This document shows, in pieces, positions 23,878 to 34,485 of a stretch of 64,000 bases of DNA. The stretch lies in the NCBI RefSeq assembly GCF_963921235.1, contig NC_086097.1:206462001-206526000 (forward strand). The letters are read 5' to 3'. The first letter of the stretch is position 1. Every line of letters starts with the position of its first letter. A program made the translations under genes and the position numbers. This stretch comes from Mobula hypostoma. Lineage: Eukaryota. The notes under the pieces were generated by a model. The model worked only from the letters and a program-made list of their open reading frames with translations. It searched no databases and had not been told where the DNA came from.

Positions 23878-26844
23878 GACCATAGGACAATAAGATATAG
23901 AAGCAGAATTAGGCTATTTTGTCCATTGACCCTGCTCCGACATTTTATCATGGCTAATCCATGTTTCCTCTCAGTCCACATCTCCTGCCTTTCCCTTGTA
24001 TCCCTTCATGTCCTGACCAATCAAGAACCTATGAACCTCTGCCTTAAATATACGTAAAGACCTGGCCTCCACAGCTGCCTGTGGCAAAGAATTCCACAGA
24101 TTTACACTCCTTGGCTAAAGAAATTCATCTTCATTCTAAAGGGACACCACTCTATTTTGAGGCTGTGTCCTCTGGTCTTAGTCATTCTCACCATTGGAAA
24201 CATCCTCTCCACATCCACTCTATCAAGGCCTTTCACCATTCAACAGGTTTCAATCAGGTCACTGCTCATTCTCCTAAATTCCAGTGAATATCAGCCCAGA
24301 ACCATCAAATGTTCTTCATAGGACACGCCGTTTAATCCTGGAATCATTTTTGTGAACCTGCTTTGAAGCCTCTCCAGGTTCAGCACATCCTTTCTAAGTT
24401 AAGGGGCCTAAATCTGCACCAAATGAGGCCTCATCAGTGCTTTATAAAGTTTCTACATTACATCCTTGCTTTTATATTCTAGTCCTCTTGAAATGAATGC
24501 AAAAATCACATTTGCCTTTCTCATCACAGACTCAACTTGCAAATTAATCTTTAGGGAATCCTACACAAGGACTTCCAAGTCCCTTTACAACTCATTTTTT
24601 TGTATATTCTGGCCATTTAGAAATCAGTTAATTCTTTGATTTCTTCTACCAAAGTGCATGACCATACACTTCCTGACACAACCTCCATCTGTTATTTCTT
24701 TGCTCACTCTCCTAATCTGTCTCTGTCCTTCTGCAGCTTCCCGATTTCCTCAAAACTACCTGCTCCTCCACCTATCTTTGTATCTTCTGCAAACTTTACA
24801 ACAAAGCCATCAATTCCATCATCCAAATCATCAACATATATTGTAAAAAGAATCGGTCCCAACACAGATCCCAGTGGAATACAACTAGTTACAGGCAGCC
24901 AACCAGAAAAGGCTCCCTTAATTCCACTCTTTGGCTCCTGCCTATCTGCATTGCTTTATCCACGCTAGAATCTTTCCTGTAATGCCATGTCCTCGTAGCT
25001 TGTTAAGCAGCCTTAACAAGCTACATTAAGCAGCAACTGTTAAGTAGCTTGTGTGGCACTTGTCAAAGGCCTTCTGAAAATCCAAGCACACAACATTGAC
25101 TGATTCTCCTTTGTCTATCCTGCTTGTTATTTCTTCAAAGAATTCCAACAGATTTGTCAGGTAAGATTTTCCCTTGAGGAAATCATGCTGACTACAGCCT
25201 ATTTGATCATGTGCCTCCAAGTACCCCAAAACCACATCCTTAACAATCTCCCTATATCTTCCCAACTACTGAGATCAGACTAACTGGTCTATAATTTCCT
25301 TTCTTCTGCCTCTCTCCCTTCTTGAAGAATGGAGTGATATTAACAGTTTTCCAGTCTTCCAGAGGTATTCCAGAATCAGGAGATTCTGGAAAGATCATTA
25401 ATAATGCCTTCTTCATCTCTTCAGCTACCTCTTTCAGAACTATAGGGTGTACACCGTGTAGTCTAGGTGACTTATCTATCTTCAGACCTTTCAGTTTCCC
25501 AAGAACCTTCTATCTAGTCGTGGTAACTTCACGTACTTCATGACCTCTGACACCTGGAATTTTCACCATACTGCTAATGTCTTCCACAGATTGACGCAAA
25601 ATACTTAATCAGTTTATTGGACATTTCCTTGTCCCCCATTACTATCTCTCCAGCATTGTTTTCCAGTAGTCCGATATCCACTTTTGTCTCTCTTTCACAC
25701 TTCACGTATCTGAAAAAAACTTCTGGTATCCTCTTTAATATTATTGGTTGGTTTACTTTTGTTTCTCATCTTTACCTTCTTTATGATTATTTAGTTGCCT
25801 TCTCTTGGTATTTATAAGTTTTCCATTCCCTAACTTCCCGCTAATGTTTGCTCTATTATATCCCCTCTCTGTGGCTTTAACTTCCCTTGTTGGTCATGGT
25901 TGTGTCATCTTGACTTTAGAATACTCCTCCTCTTTGGGACATATCTATTCCGTGCCTTCCAAATTGCTTCCGGAAATTCCAGCCATTGCTGTTTGTCATC
26001 ATTCCTGCCAGTGTTCATTTCCCATCAGCTCTGGCCAACTCCTCTCTCATGCACCTGTAATTCTCTTTACTCCACTGTAATACTGTCTTTAGCTTCTCCT
26101 TCTCAAATTTCAGGGTGAATTTGATCATATTATGATCACTCACCCTAAAAGATTCTTTTACCTTAAGCTCTCTAATCAATTCTGGCTCATTGCACAATAC
26201 CCAGTCCCGAATATCTGATCCTCCAGTGGGCTCAACCAAGAGCTGCCCAAAAAAACCATCTCATAGGCATTCCAGAAATTCCCTCTCTAGTAATTCTGCA
26301 TCAACCTGATTTTTCCAATCTCCCTGCATATTGAAATCCCCCATGACTATTGTAACAATGCTCTTCTGGCATGCATTTTCTATCTCTATTTGTAATTTTT
26401 AGACCACAGCCTTACTACTGCTTGGGGTTGGTCTATCACTTCCAGTTTAAAAACGCAAACAACAGGAATTCTGCAGATGCTGGAAATTCAAGCAACACAT
26501 ATCAAAGTTGCTGGTGAACACAGCAGGCCAGACAGCATCGCCAGGAAGAGGTACAGTCGATGTTTAAGGGTCTCGGCCTGAAACGTCGACTGTACCTCTT
26601 CTTAGAGATGCTGTCTGGCCTGCTACTTTCACCAGCAACTTTGATGTGTGTTGCTATCACTTCCATTAGTGTCTTTTTACCCTTGAAGTTCCTTATCCCT
26701 ATCCACACCGATTCAACACCTTCCGACCCTCTGTCACCTTTTTTTAATTACTTAATTTCATTTTTTACCAATAGAACCACACCACCCCCTCTGCCTTCCT
26801 GCCTATTGTTTTGATACAATGTGTATCCTTGGACATTAAGCTCC
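23878..26844 (-). mobile_element. CR1 LINE (~3 kb, APE through RT to 3' UTR) splitting the RBM25 fragment
   Basis: QHDFLKGKSYLTNLLEFFEE...DFQKAFDK and SDHNMIKF motifs; (ataag) tail at ~23880; degenerate TSD tagttttg/tagatttt. Confidence 0.93.
26445..26653. mobile_element. Penelope-derived palindromic unit inserted in CR1
   Basis: ~70-bp inverted arms around aagggtctcggcctgaaacg; exact 12-bp TSD ctatcacttcca at 26433-26444 and 26654-26665. Confidence 0.85.
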
Positions 26845-26852
26845 TAGATTTT

Positions 26853-27218
26853 AGCTGGAACAGAGTTCCAGGACCTTCAAGAAAGTTGCAAGCACTTGGC
26901 TTCTGTGAATATAACGTACCAGAATCGATTCTGCATGCATTAATGTTATTTCATGATCATCAGTTGGGAGACAAAAAGCTGCTTGTAAAGGTAAATGCAA
27001 AGACCAAAGTCCAGTTGTATGAACGGAAGGCCAAAAAGAACGGAGTCAATGGAGATACAAAAACAAAGGATTCAACAGATGAGATTGTGGATAGTGAAAC
27101 CAAGAGGAGAGATCAGATCATAAAGGGAGCAATAGAAGGATTAATAAGAGAATACTCCAGGCACTTTCCCAAGATCAAGATGCACAAATTAGAAGAGGAA
27201 AAGGGAAAGAGAAGTAAG
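26853..27218 (+). pseudogene. RBM25: RBM25 processed fragment, 3' part (rest of RRM plus downstream helix)
   Basis: SWNRVPGPSRKLQALGFCEYNVPESILHALMLFHDHQLGDKKLLVKVNAKTK...ETKRRDQIIKGAIEGLIREYS versus recalled RBM25 SWKRVQGASGKLQAFGFCEYKEPESTLRALRLLHDLQIGEKKLLVKVDAKTK...ETKRRDQMIKGAIEVLIREYS; after a frameshift, ALSQDQDAQIRRGKGKEK. Confidence 0.93.
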
Positions 27219-27799
27219 GTGCGCAGAGCAGTAAGAATCTTTTCCTACAGTCTCAGAGTCAACACCCGCAACCATCACGGAGGAGGCCCCTGAACCTGGG
27301 ATTGCCTTCCCAGCCACAAGTCTCACCTGCCAAGCGGAGTGAGGAAACACATTATCCCACAAGTATGAAAGCCTCCAAAATGATTATATGTTTGGGCCTG
27401 AATGGGAAAATTTATAATTTACTATGCTGTGGATGCATTGTGTACACTCTTACTACCTGTATCATGTCACTACGTGATATGTACGCGCCTCACTTAAAGT
27501 AAAAAAAAAGAAAAATAAAACCAGTGCTCCTGGACTCCTGTCATTTTGCTCTCAATTAGCGCCATATTTTGGAGTTATAAAATATAACGATGGTCTTTAA
27601 CAGTACAGACAAATTAAAGTTATTGCCCTGACTGTACTCCATGTGATAATGAAGAATTCTCCAGATTTCTATCAACATCTTGTTCATCAACCTCAATGTC
27701 AACATTGCAAATTCCATCATGTTCAGATTTACTACCATCATGATCAGAGCAGTAGTGACAAATCTTACCTCCTCACGCAAAGCTGGCACTATTACTTGT

Positions 27800-28500
27800 A
27801 TACAAAGGGAGGAATTAGGAACAGAGGTAGGCTACTGTACTGCTTGAACCTGCTCCAACATTCCTCCAGATGATGGTTGACCTAATTACATACTCAGCTC
27901 CATATCTCTGCCTGCCTGAGTAACCTCTCATTTCCTTTTTATATCAGGACTATGCCTTTGAGGCTTTGAGCAAGATAATGCCAGATTCATTATCCTCATG
28001 ATCTCTTTCTTAAATGGGTAAGTGCCCTTTTTTTTGAAGCAGTAACCCTAATTCCAGATTTTCCTACAGGGTGAAGTATCCTCTTATCAGCAATTCTAAT
28101 AACTGTTATGAAGGTTAGGCTTGTTTTCTCTGGAGCTGGTGTGATTGAGGTACATATCTTGTAATTATAAGAGGTATAGGTGAGTTAGACTGCAGGAAAA
28201 ATTTCCACACATTAGAGATAGTTAAAATCAAAGGACACGATTGAAGGTAAGGAATAAGAAATCCAGACAATTTCTCAGTGGCGGTTGACTGTGGTGATCC
28301 CCAGGAATACACTGCCTGAGAGAATTTGGAAGCAGAGTCAGTGACAGCATTTCAGAATTGTCTAGATGGGCACATGAATCTCTTTGGCATAGAAGGCAAA
28401 GGGAGAGGGCTGGAAGTAGGATTATTACCAGTTGGTGCCCACTGATCAGCGTGAACACAGTAGGATGAATGAACTGTTTCCCTGTGGCATGATGCTATGA
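27800..28500. mobile_element. Two old CR1 3' fragments in opposite orientations
   Basis: Minus-strand 3' UTR remnant at ~27810-28100; plus-strand remnant (FSQ..V..W..LP) at ~28130-28500. Confidence 0.5.
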
Positions 28501-29439
28501 CCCTGTGGCACACTCTCAGTTCTCAGGTAAAGTATTTTGAAAGTGTAAACTATATATCTTTTCATAATTTTATAATTTAATTGTTAATAAAATAATATAT
28601 GGTGTTAAGCTTTTTAGATATTTATATCAATGTATTTTTAAATACTTTTTAATGTCAAAGTTCTTGAAGTGAGAATCAGAATCAGGTTTATTATCACTGT
28701 CTTATATGATGTGAAATCTGTTGTTTTTCAGCAACAGTACAGAATGCAACCAGAACTTTTATGTTTAGTTTAGTGGGAAATGTCTTTTCAGGTTGCGAAT
28801 TTTTGCTTAATGAAACATTTTACAGTGAAACAACCCTTTAGTAAATTAAGGAATACCTGCACTCTATTTCTGGTGGCAAATCTAAGCTGGCTGGAATGAG
28901 TGCCAGCCAAACATATAAGGTTCATCTCAGTTTCACAAATGGACTCCGAACAATGTGGTCCAGTGTCATGAAAACTACCTGGTGCATGAGTTTTCAATGT
29001 TGTCTGTTTGCTGCAATTTAATTAGTGCCCATACCAATTCTGTAGTGCAGACTTCAGTTCTGGATCACAGTTTACTCTTTTGAAAAAGGCATTCTATGCT
29101 GGAACAGTGCCAGAAACAGTCAGTGAGCTAGTTTGCATTTTTACTGTTGAAGAACAGGAAGAAGAAACGGGGCTTAACTCTGCTCAAGAACTCAGAGACG
29201 CAGTAACATGAATGAGTTCTAACATTAAAGGTTAGAACCTGCACAGGAAATGCAAGCCAAACAAACAGCAAATGCACAGCATGGCACTGACTGACACATA
29301 GCCTCGAAAGGTTGCAGGTCATCAAATGAACTATTATGAAAGCTGGTATATGAATTGACTCTTCTATAATTTAGTGAAAATAAACAGGGAATAATTTATA
29401 TAGTGACAGAGTTTTCTGTGAATGCACTGGACAGAAGGC

Positions 29440-30760
29440 TCACTAGAACAAAAAAAACTTGAAACATCGACATCCAACATCCATATCAGGACAAGACCCA
29501 AGGAAAAAAAAGATGGAGAAACAATGAATGGAAAAAAATCGTTCTAAGGAATCCCAAAATGATTATAGTGTTCAACACGATGAGCAATGCTATAGTTTGT
29601 TTCTCAATAATGTTATGTTAAGGAGAAATATCATCTTGGACATGAGGAAGACTCTTTGCTCTACTTTTAACAGTGTCATAATGTCTATCCATGCATCTAT
29701 CGATGCCAGCACAGTAAAATAGCAACACAAAAGTAAAGGCTCAATACTGTACCTGAAGGCAGCTTGAATAAGATAGCTGAACTGATGGCTTGAACAGAAA
29801 TAAAGTGTGAATGAACTCATTGCCATTACAGTGAGATGATTACAGGGTGACAAGGCTGGGAAATGAATATTGCAGGCAAGTTGGAATTTCAGAATGATAG
29901 AAAGAAACAAAGTTGGGATCGTTCTATTAATAAGGAACAAGATTGATACAGTGGGTGAGATTGTCAGTATGGCAAGATATAATTATTATGGTGCAATAGC
30001 CATTAGTCCAGGAGCTTCACATATTTATAAGCAATAGTAATGAGTGGGATGAAACCCACCAGTTTTTGTGGCCAATTATGTTTATGAAGCAAAGAAAGGT
30101 GGGAAAATGTTTTGCCATTGATGGAAAAAGTCTGCCAAGGAATATAGACAGGTAAGCAAATGGTGTATGCTATAGGAAATGTGAAGTAATTCACTTCATT
30201 TGGGCAAAAAGGAAAACATTTTAGTGTCAGTCTCAGAGTGTGCTCAATCTTTGTGGTCAGTGGTGATGTTCACTTCTTATTTAATACTTTAAGTGGGAAA
30301 AGTTGTAGAATGCTGTGGTACAGAAGGATTTGGTACTCATAGATGAAGCATAGAGAGCAGCATCTAAGTCCAGCAAGTAATTAAGGAAGATAATAGAATG
30401 TTGGATCTTATCACTAAAGGAATAAAGATACTGCGAACATGTTTCCCCTCTAGAAAAAAATCTAGGCCTGAGAGACGTAGATTCACATTAAGGGAGTGCA
30501 CACCTAATTGGAAAACAGGGGAGCTGTTTTTGCTTGGAGGATTGTGAACCTTTGGAATTCTTGAACCCAGGCAGATAGGGAGGTTGAATCTTTGAATATA
30601 TTTAAGACCAAAATTTTTTTTAAATAAGGGCACTAAGTGTTATCGGGGACAAGAATGACAGTGGAACTGAGGCGAACATAAGAACTGCAATGACCTTATG
30701 AATGGCAGAGCAGGCTCTAGGTATCACATGACCACCTTCTCCTCCTATTTGTGTTGTTCT
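29440..30760 (+). mobile_element. Old CR1 fragments
   Basis: Decayed APE-like, RT C-terminal and 3' UTR (aatggcagagcaggct...ccttctcctcctattt) segments. Confidence 0.5.
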
Positions 30761-31939
30761 TCTTCCATAATCTTGCAATAAATAGGAGGGAATACCTTCT
30801 GGGAGTCTTTATGGCTAATTCAGCTAACCTCTTCAATTAATTGGAGACTCCCAAATTCACATTTCTGTCTGATTGCCATATAACTGTAAACTCATTTTGG
30901 CTAATCGGCAGACCAAATGGCCTGGGGTGGAAAGATATTTCAGAGGTGCCAAAATAGGGAATTATTTAAATGAGTTACATGCGATACCCCGGGCCTAAAA
31001 TTCCCCAGAGTAACCTTAATATATTCCGGTAGCATCTAAGGTGTATCAGTTGACAAATGGCTGTGTCAGGGCCAATATAAACATTTGTCTTTATGCACAC
31101 TTTTCCTACAGAATAGTTCTTCCAACACTGGGAGCCATTTACTTATCCAATTAATAGAGAACAGTTTTTGTCTTGGATTACCCAGCTGGGAAGTTCATCA
31201 GATGGAGGTCATCTTTTACAATGTACCAGGTGAACAGTGTGAACAAATGTCTCAGCCTCACTTATGAGTTCAAATTCTGAATCAGTACTTGAGTCCAAAA
31301 ACTTCTTGTGCAGAAGAAAAAGTGATAACCTTCAAGCCAACGTGATACGCAAAGGCTTTATCCCCTTGTCTCTCAGAATAACCCCCACAAAATCGGCTCA
31401 AATATCTGCCCTTTCAGGGTATGAAATCTTTCAGTACAGCATCAGCTGCATAGAGGAGCAGGAATGCCTTTCGAGATTTTCCCTGTGACATTTGGAATGT
31501 TTTCATCAGTCAAGCCTGTGAAAATCTCTCTCCCACTCCCACCCCTTGTTTGACAGCCAGCTAAGCACGGCTTTCTTAAGGAAGGAGTCTAGGATTGAGT
31601 ACCTACCTAAATATTATAAATGGTTTTAGTCACAAATGTTGTTGGGCTTCTTCCAAACTTCTACATTTAGACATAATGATATTTGATTACTTTATCAGTA
31701 ACTTTAAAGTTAACCATAAATACACAACTGCAAACTTAGATTAATGGGTAACACACTATCTTTGTTTAATTCCTATTACCATTTTCTCTTTTATCATTAC
31801 AGCTGCACATCCTACATATTTTATGGGCCTAGAAGTGATTATCTCCAACCTGTTATCTTTCAACACCCCTCTGTTTCTACTGGAATGCAGGGTTACGTAA
31901 GAATTCCTATTACCTGATTTTAAGATTTTTTGGCCTGTT

Positions 31940-32133
31940 TATTGAGATTCAGCGCAGAATAGATTATTTTGGCCCTTCGAGCCACACTGGCCAGCAATCC
32001 CCCAATTTAATCCTAGCCTAATTTACAATGACCAATTAACCTATGTCGTTGGGATAACATAAAAACTCCTTACAGGCTCTGGCAGGAATTGAACCCGGGT
32101 CGCCTGTACTGCATTATGCTACTGTGCCGCCCC
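31940..32133 (-). mobile_element. V-SINE (HE1-like), internally deleted
   Basis: Reverse complement starts ggggcggcacagtagc, with B-box ccgggttcaattcct and ttaattggtcattgtaaatt. Confidence 0.75.
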
Positions 32134-32243
32134 AGAACATAGTGTACCTACTTAATTCTCCAGAGCATTAGAGTTAAAATACTGAAAAGGTTCATGTTGA
32201 AGGAACATGAGGCATCAATTCTCACCCCACTGCTCAAAATTGT

Positions 32244-32520
32244 TCAATCACAAACAAGAGAAAATCTGCAAATGCTGGAAATCCAAACAACACACACAAA
32301 ATAGTGGAGGAACTCAACAGGCCAGGCAGCATCTATGGAAAAGGGAAAACAGTCAATGTTTCGAGCTGAGACCCTTCATCAGGCATAATGAAGGGTGCTG
32401 ATGAAGGGTCTTGGACTGAAACGTCCGTAGATGCTGCCTGGCCTGCTGAGTTCCTCCAGCATTTTGTGTGTGTTGCTCGGATTTCCAGCATCTTCAAATT
32501 TTTTCTTGCTTATGGTTTGA
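32244..32520. mobile_element. Penelope-derived full palindrome (inverted pLTR pair)
   Basis: Inverted arms acaagagaaaatctgcaaatgctggaaatcc...ggcagcatcta / tagatgctgcc...ggatttccagcatcttcaaattttttcttg. Confidence 0.85.
32398..32425 (+). ncRNA. Minimal hammerhead ribozyme-like core (Penelope type)
   Basis: CTGATGA-agggtcttggact-GAAA-CGTC: both catalytic boxes, palindromic ACGT stem III and a GUC triplet. A mirror copy lies on the minus strand at 32382-32355. Confidence 0.6.
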
Positions 32521-32850
32521 TTACCTCTGGTTTTAGTCTCACCCAACCCCAGGAGAAAAAGCCTCCATGTATTTACCCTATCTATGCCCCTCAGAATTTT
32601 GAATATCTCTGTAAGTCCTCCCCTCATTTTCCTACACTGTAGGAAATAAAGTCCCAACATATTTATCTTTTACCTGTAACTCAGATCCTTAAGTCCCAGC
32701 AACATCCTTGTAAATTTTTCTGCAGTCTTTTAAGTTTATTGACATCTTTCCTGTAGACCAGAGCTACACACAATACTCCAAATTTGTCCTCTCCAATGTC
32801 CTACACAACTTCAACGTAACACCCCAATTCCTGTACTCAATGCTTTATAA
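32520..32850 (-). mobile_element. CR1 ORF2 C-terminal fragment
   Basis: LGLYFLQCRKMRGGLTEIFKILRGIDRV on the minus strand. Confidence 0.8.
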
Positions 32851-33280
32851 GTTTGGAGCATTTTGGGGCAGTTAAACTAAGTTAAACTATAGATTTATTA
32901 AGTAGACCCACAGGAAAAGGAATCTCAGGATTATATGTGGTGGCATGTATGAACTGTGATAACAAAGGGTATTTTGAATTTTGAACTTTGAAGTTCCTTT
33001 CCTGACTAGTTCCTGTTTTTTTAGGAACTTTGGTGCATGACAGCAATGAAGAAAAGCCATTTTTTTAAATGAGTCATCTCCAGGCAGCTTTCACACTTCT
33101 CAGAATGAGTAACACAGTGAAGTCATATAATTCAATAAGCAGGGCATCAGCCTACTCTCACAGTGAAACAGCTTTGTTTAAAGTCATCCACAGACCCCTA
33201 TCCCCACCATCACTATGGTTTTTCCAAACAGTGGACCCAGGCATCTACCTGAGGCAGGTGCAGTTTATTTTGGCATTTAA

Positions 33281-34235
33281 ATCTGGATGATGGGGTGGTA
33301 AATTGGATTAGTAAGTATGCAGATGATACTAAGATAGGTGGCATTGTGTATAATGAAGTAGGTTTTCAAAGCTTGCAGAAAGATTTAGGCCAGTTAGAAG
33401 AGTGGGCTGAAAGATGGCAGATGGAGTTTAATGCTGAAAAATGTGAGGTGCTACATTTTGGGAGGACTAATCAAAACAGGACCTACATGGTAAATGGTAG
33501 GGCATTGAAGAATGCAGTAGAACAGAGGGATCTGGGAATAATGGTGCATAGTTCCCTAAGGGTGGAATCTCATGTGGATAGGGTGGTGAAGAAAGCTTTT
33601 GGTATGCTGGCCTTTATTAATCAAAGCATTGAGTATAGGAGTTGGGATGTAATGTTGAAATTGTATAAGGCAATGGTGAGGCCAAATTTGGAGTATTGTG
33701 TACAGTTCTGGTCACCGAATTATAGGAAAGATGTCAATAAAATTGAGAGAGTACAGGGGAGATTTACTAAAATGTTGCCTGGGTTTCATCTCCTAAGTTA
33801 CAGAGAAAGGTTGTACAAGTTAGGTCTTTATTCTTTGGAGCGTAGAAAGTTGAGGGGGGACTTGATAGAGGTACTTAAAATTATGAGGTGGATAGATAGA
33901 GTTGACGTGGATAGGCTTTTTCCATTGAGAGTGGGGGAGATTCAAACAAGAGGATGTGAGTTGAGAGTTAAAGAGCAAAAGTTTAGGGGTAACATGAGGA
34001 GGAACTTCTTTATTCAGAGAGTGGTAGCTGTGTGGAACAAGCTTCCAGTAGAAGTGGTTGAGGTAGGTTCGTTGTTGTCGTTTAAAGTTAAATTGGATAG
34101 ATATATGGACAGGAAAGGAATGGAGGGTTATGGGCTGAGTGCAGGTCGATGGGACTAGGTGAGAGTAAGAGTTCAGCACGGACTAGAAGGGCAGAGATGG
34201 CCTGTGTCCGTGCTCTAATTCTTATATGGTTATAT
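33281..34235 (+). mobile_element. Young 5'-truncated CR1 LINE with uninterrupted 287-codon ORF2 C-terminus
   Basis: ORF 33295-34158: YADDTKIGG, WAERWQMEFN, VRPNLEYCVQFWSP, RGDLIEV; CR1 3' UTR follows. Confidence 0.95.
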
Positions 34236-34236
34236 T

Positions 34237-34485
34237 TAGCTTAGCACAATGCTTTACAGTAGAGGTGACTTGGGTTCAATTCCTACTACTACCTGTAAGG
34301 AGTTTGTACTTTCTTCCCGTGACCATGTGGGTTTCCTCTGGGTGCTCCAGAAGATGTACCAGTTGCTAGGTTATTTGGTCATTGAAAATTATCCATGATT
34401 AGGCAAGGATTAATGTGGGAGATTGCAGGGTGGTGTGGCTCGAAGGACTGGAAGGGCCTACTCTGCACTGAATCACAAATAAAGT
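34237..34485 (+). mobile_element. V-SINE (HE1-like)
   Basis: gggttcaattcct B-box; ggagtttgtactttcttcccgtgaccatgtgggtttcctctgggtgctcc V core. Confidence 0.8.

Larger units (their letters stand above)
20590..27589 (+). mobile_element. Decayed Gypsy (Ty3) LTR retrotransposon carrying a captured RBM25 cDNA fragment in place of most of pol
   Basis: 5' LTR TGTTG...GACA at 20590-21427; PBS-like gtggcaatgagg at 21428; gag (AQQFKFHQGNQREEMSISAYIAGLKKLSEHCQF..LNDALRD), zinc-knuckle and protease remnants to ~23637; pol C-terminal tail from ~27219; partial 3' LTR (~27460-27589) sharing cgtgatatgt..ctcacttaaag and ctcctgtc.ttttgct.tcaattag with the 5' LTR. Confidence 0.8.

Noticed and set aside
26480..26655. 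Long hairpin as a microRNA precursor
   Set aside because: Explained by a multi-copy Penelope terminal palindrome with TSD; no small-RNA evidence available.
26811..27293. 160-aa ORF as a functional RBM25 gene or exon
   Set aside because: Its start lies in antisense CR1 sequence and its end in Gypsy sequence; the upstream half has a stop; there are no introns. It is a captured, disrupted fragment.
30801..30852. Short inverted repeat gggagtct...agactccc with caattaattg
   Set aside because: Arms of only 8 bp, no TSD or second copy; not distinguishable from chance.
33820..34179. Antisense ORFs overlapping CR1 copies (also 9866-10189, 54402-54933)
   Set aside because: Shadow ORFs of LINE coding sequence with no recognisable protein similarity.
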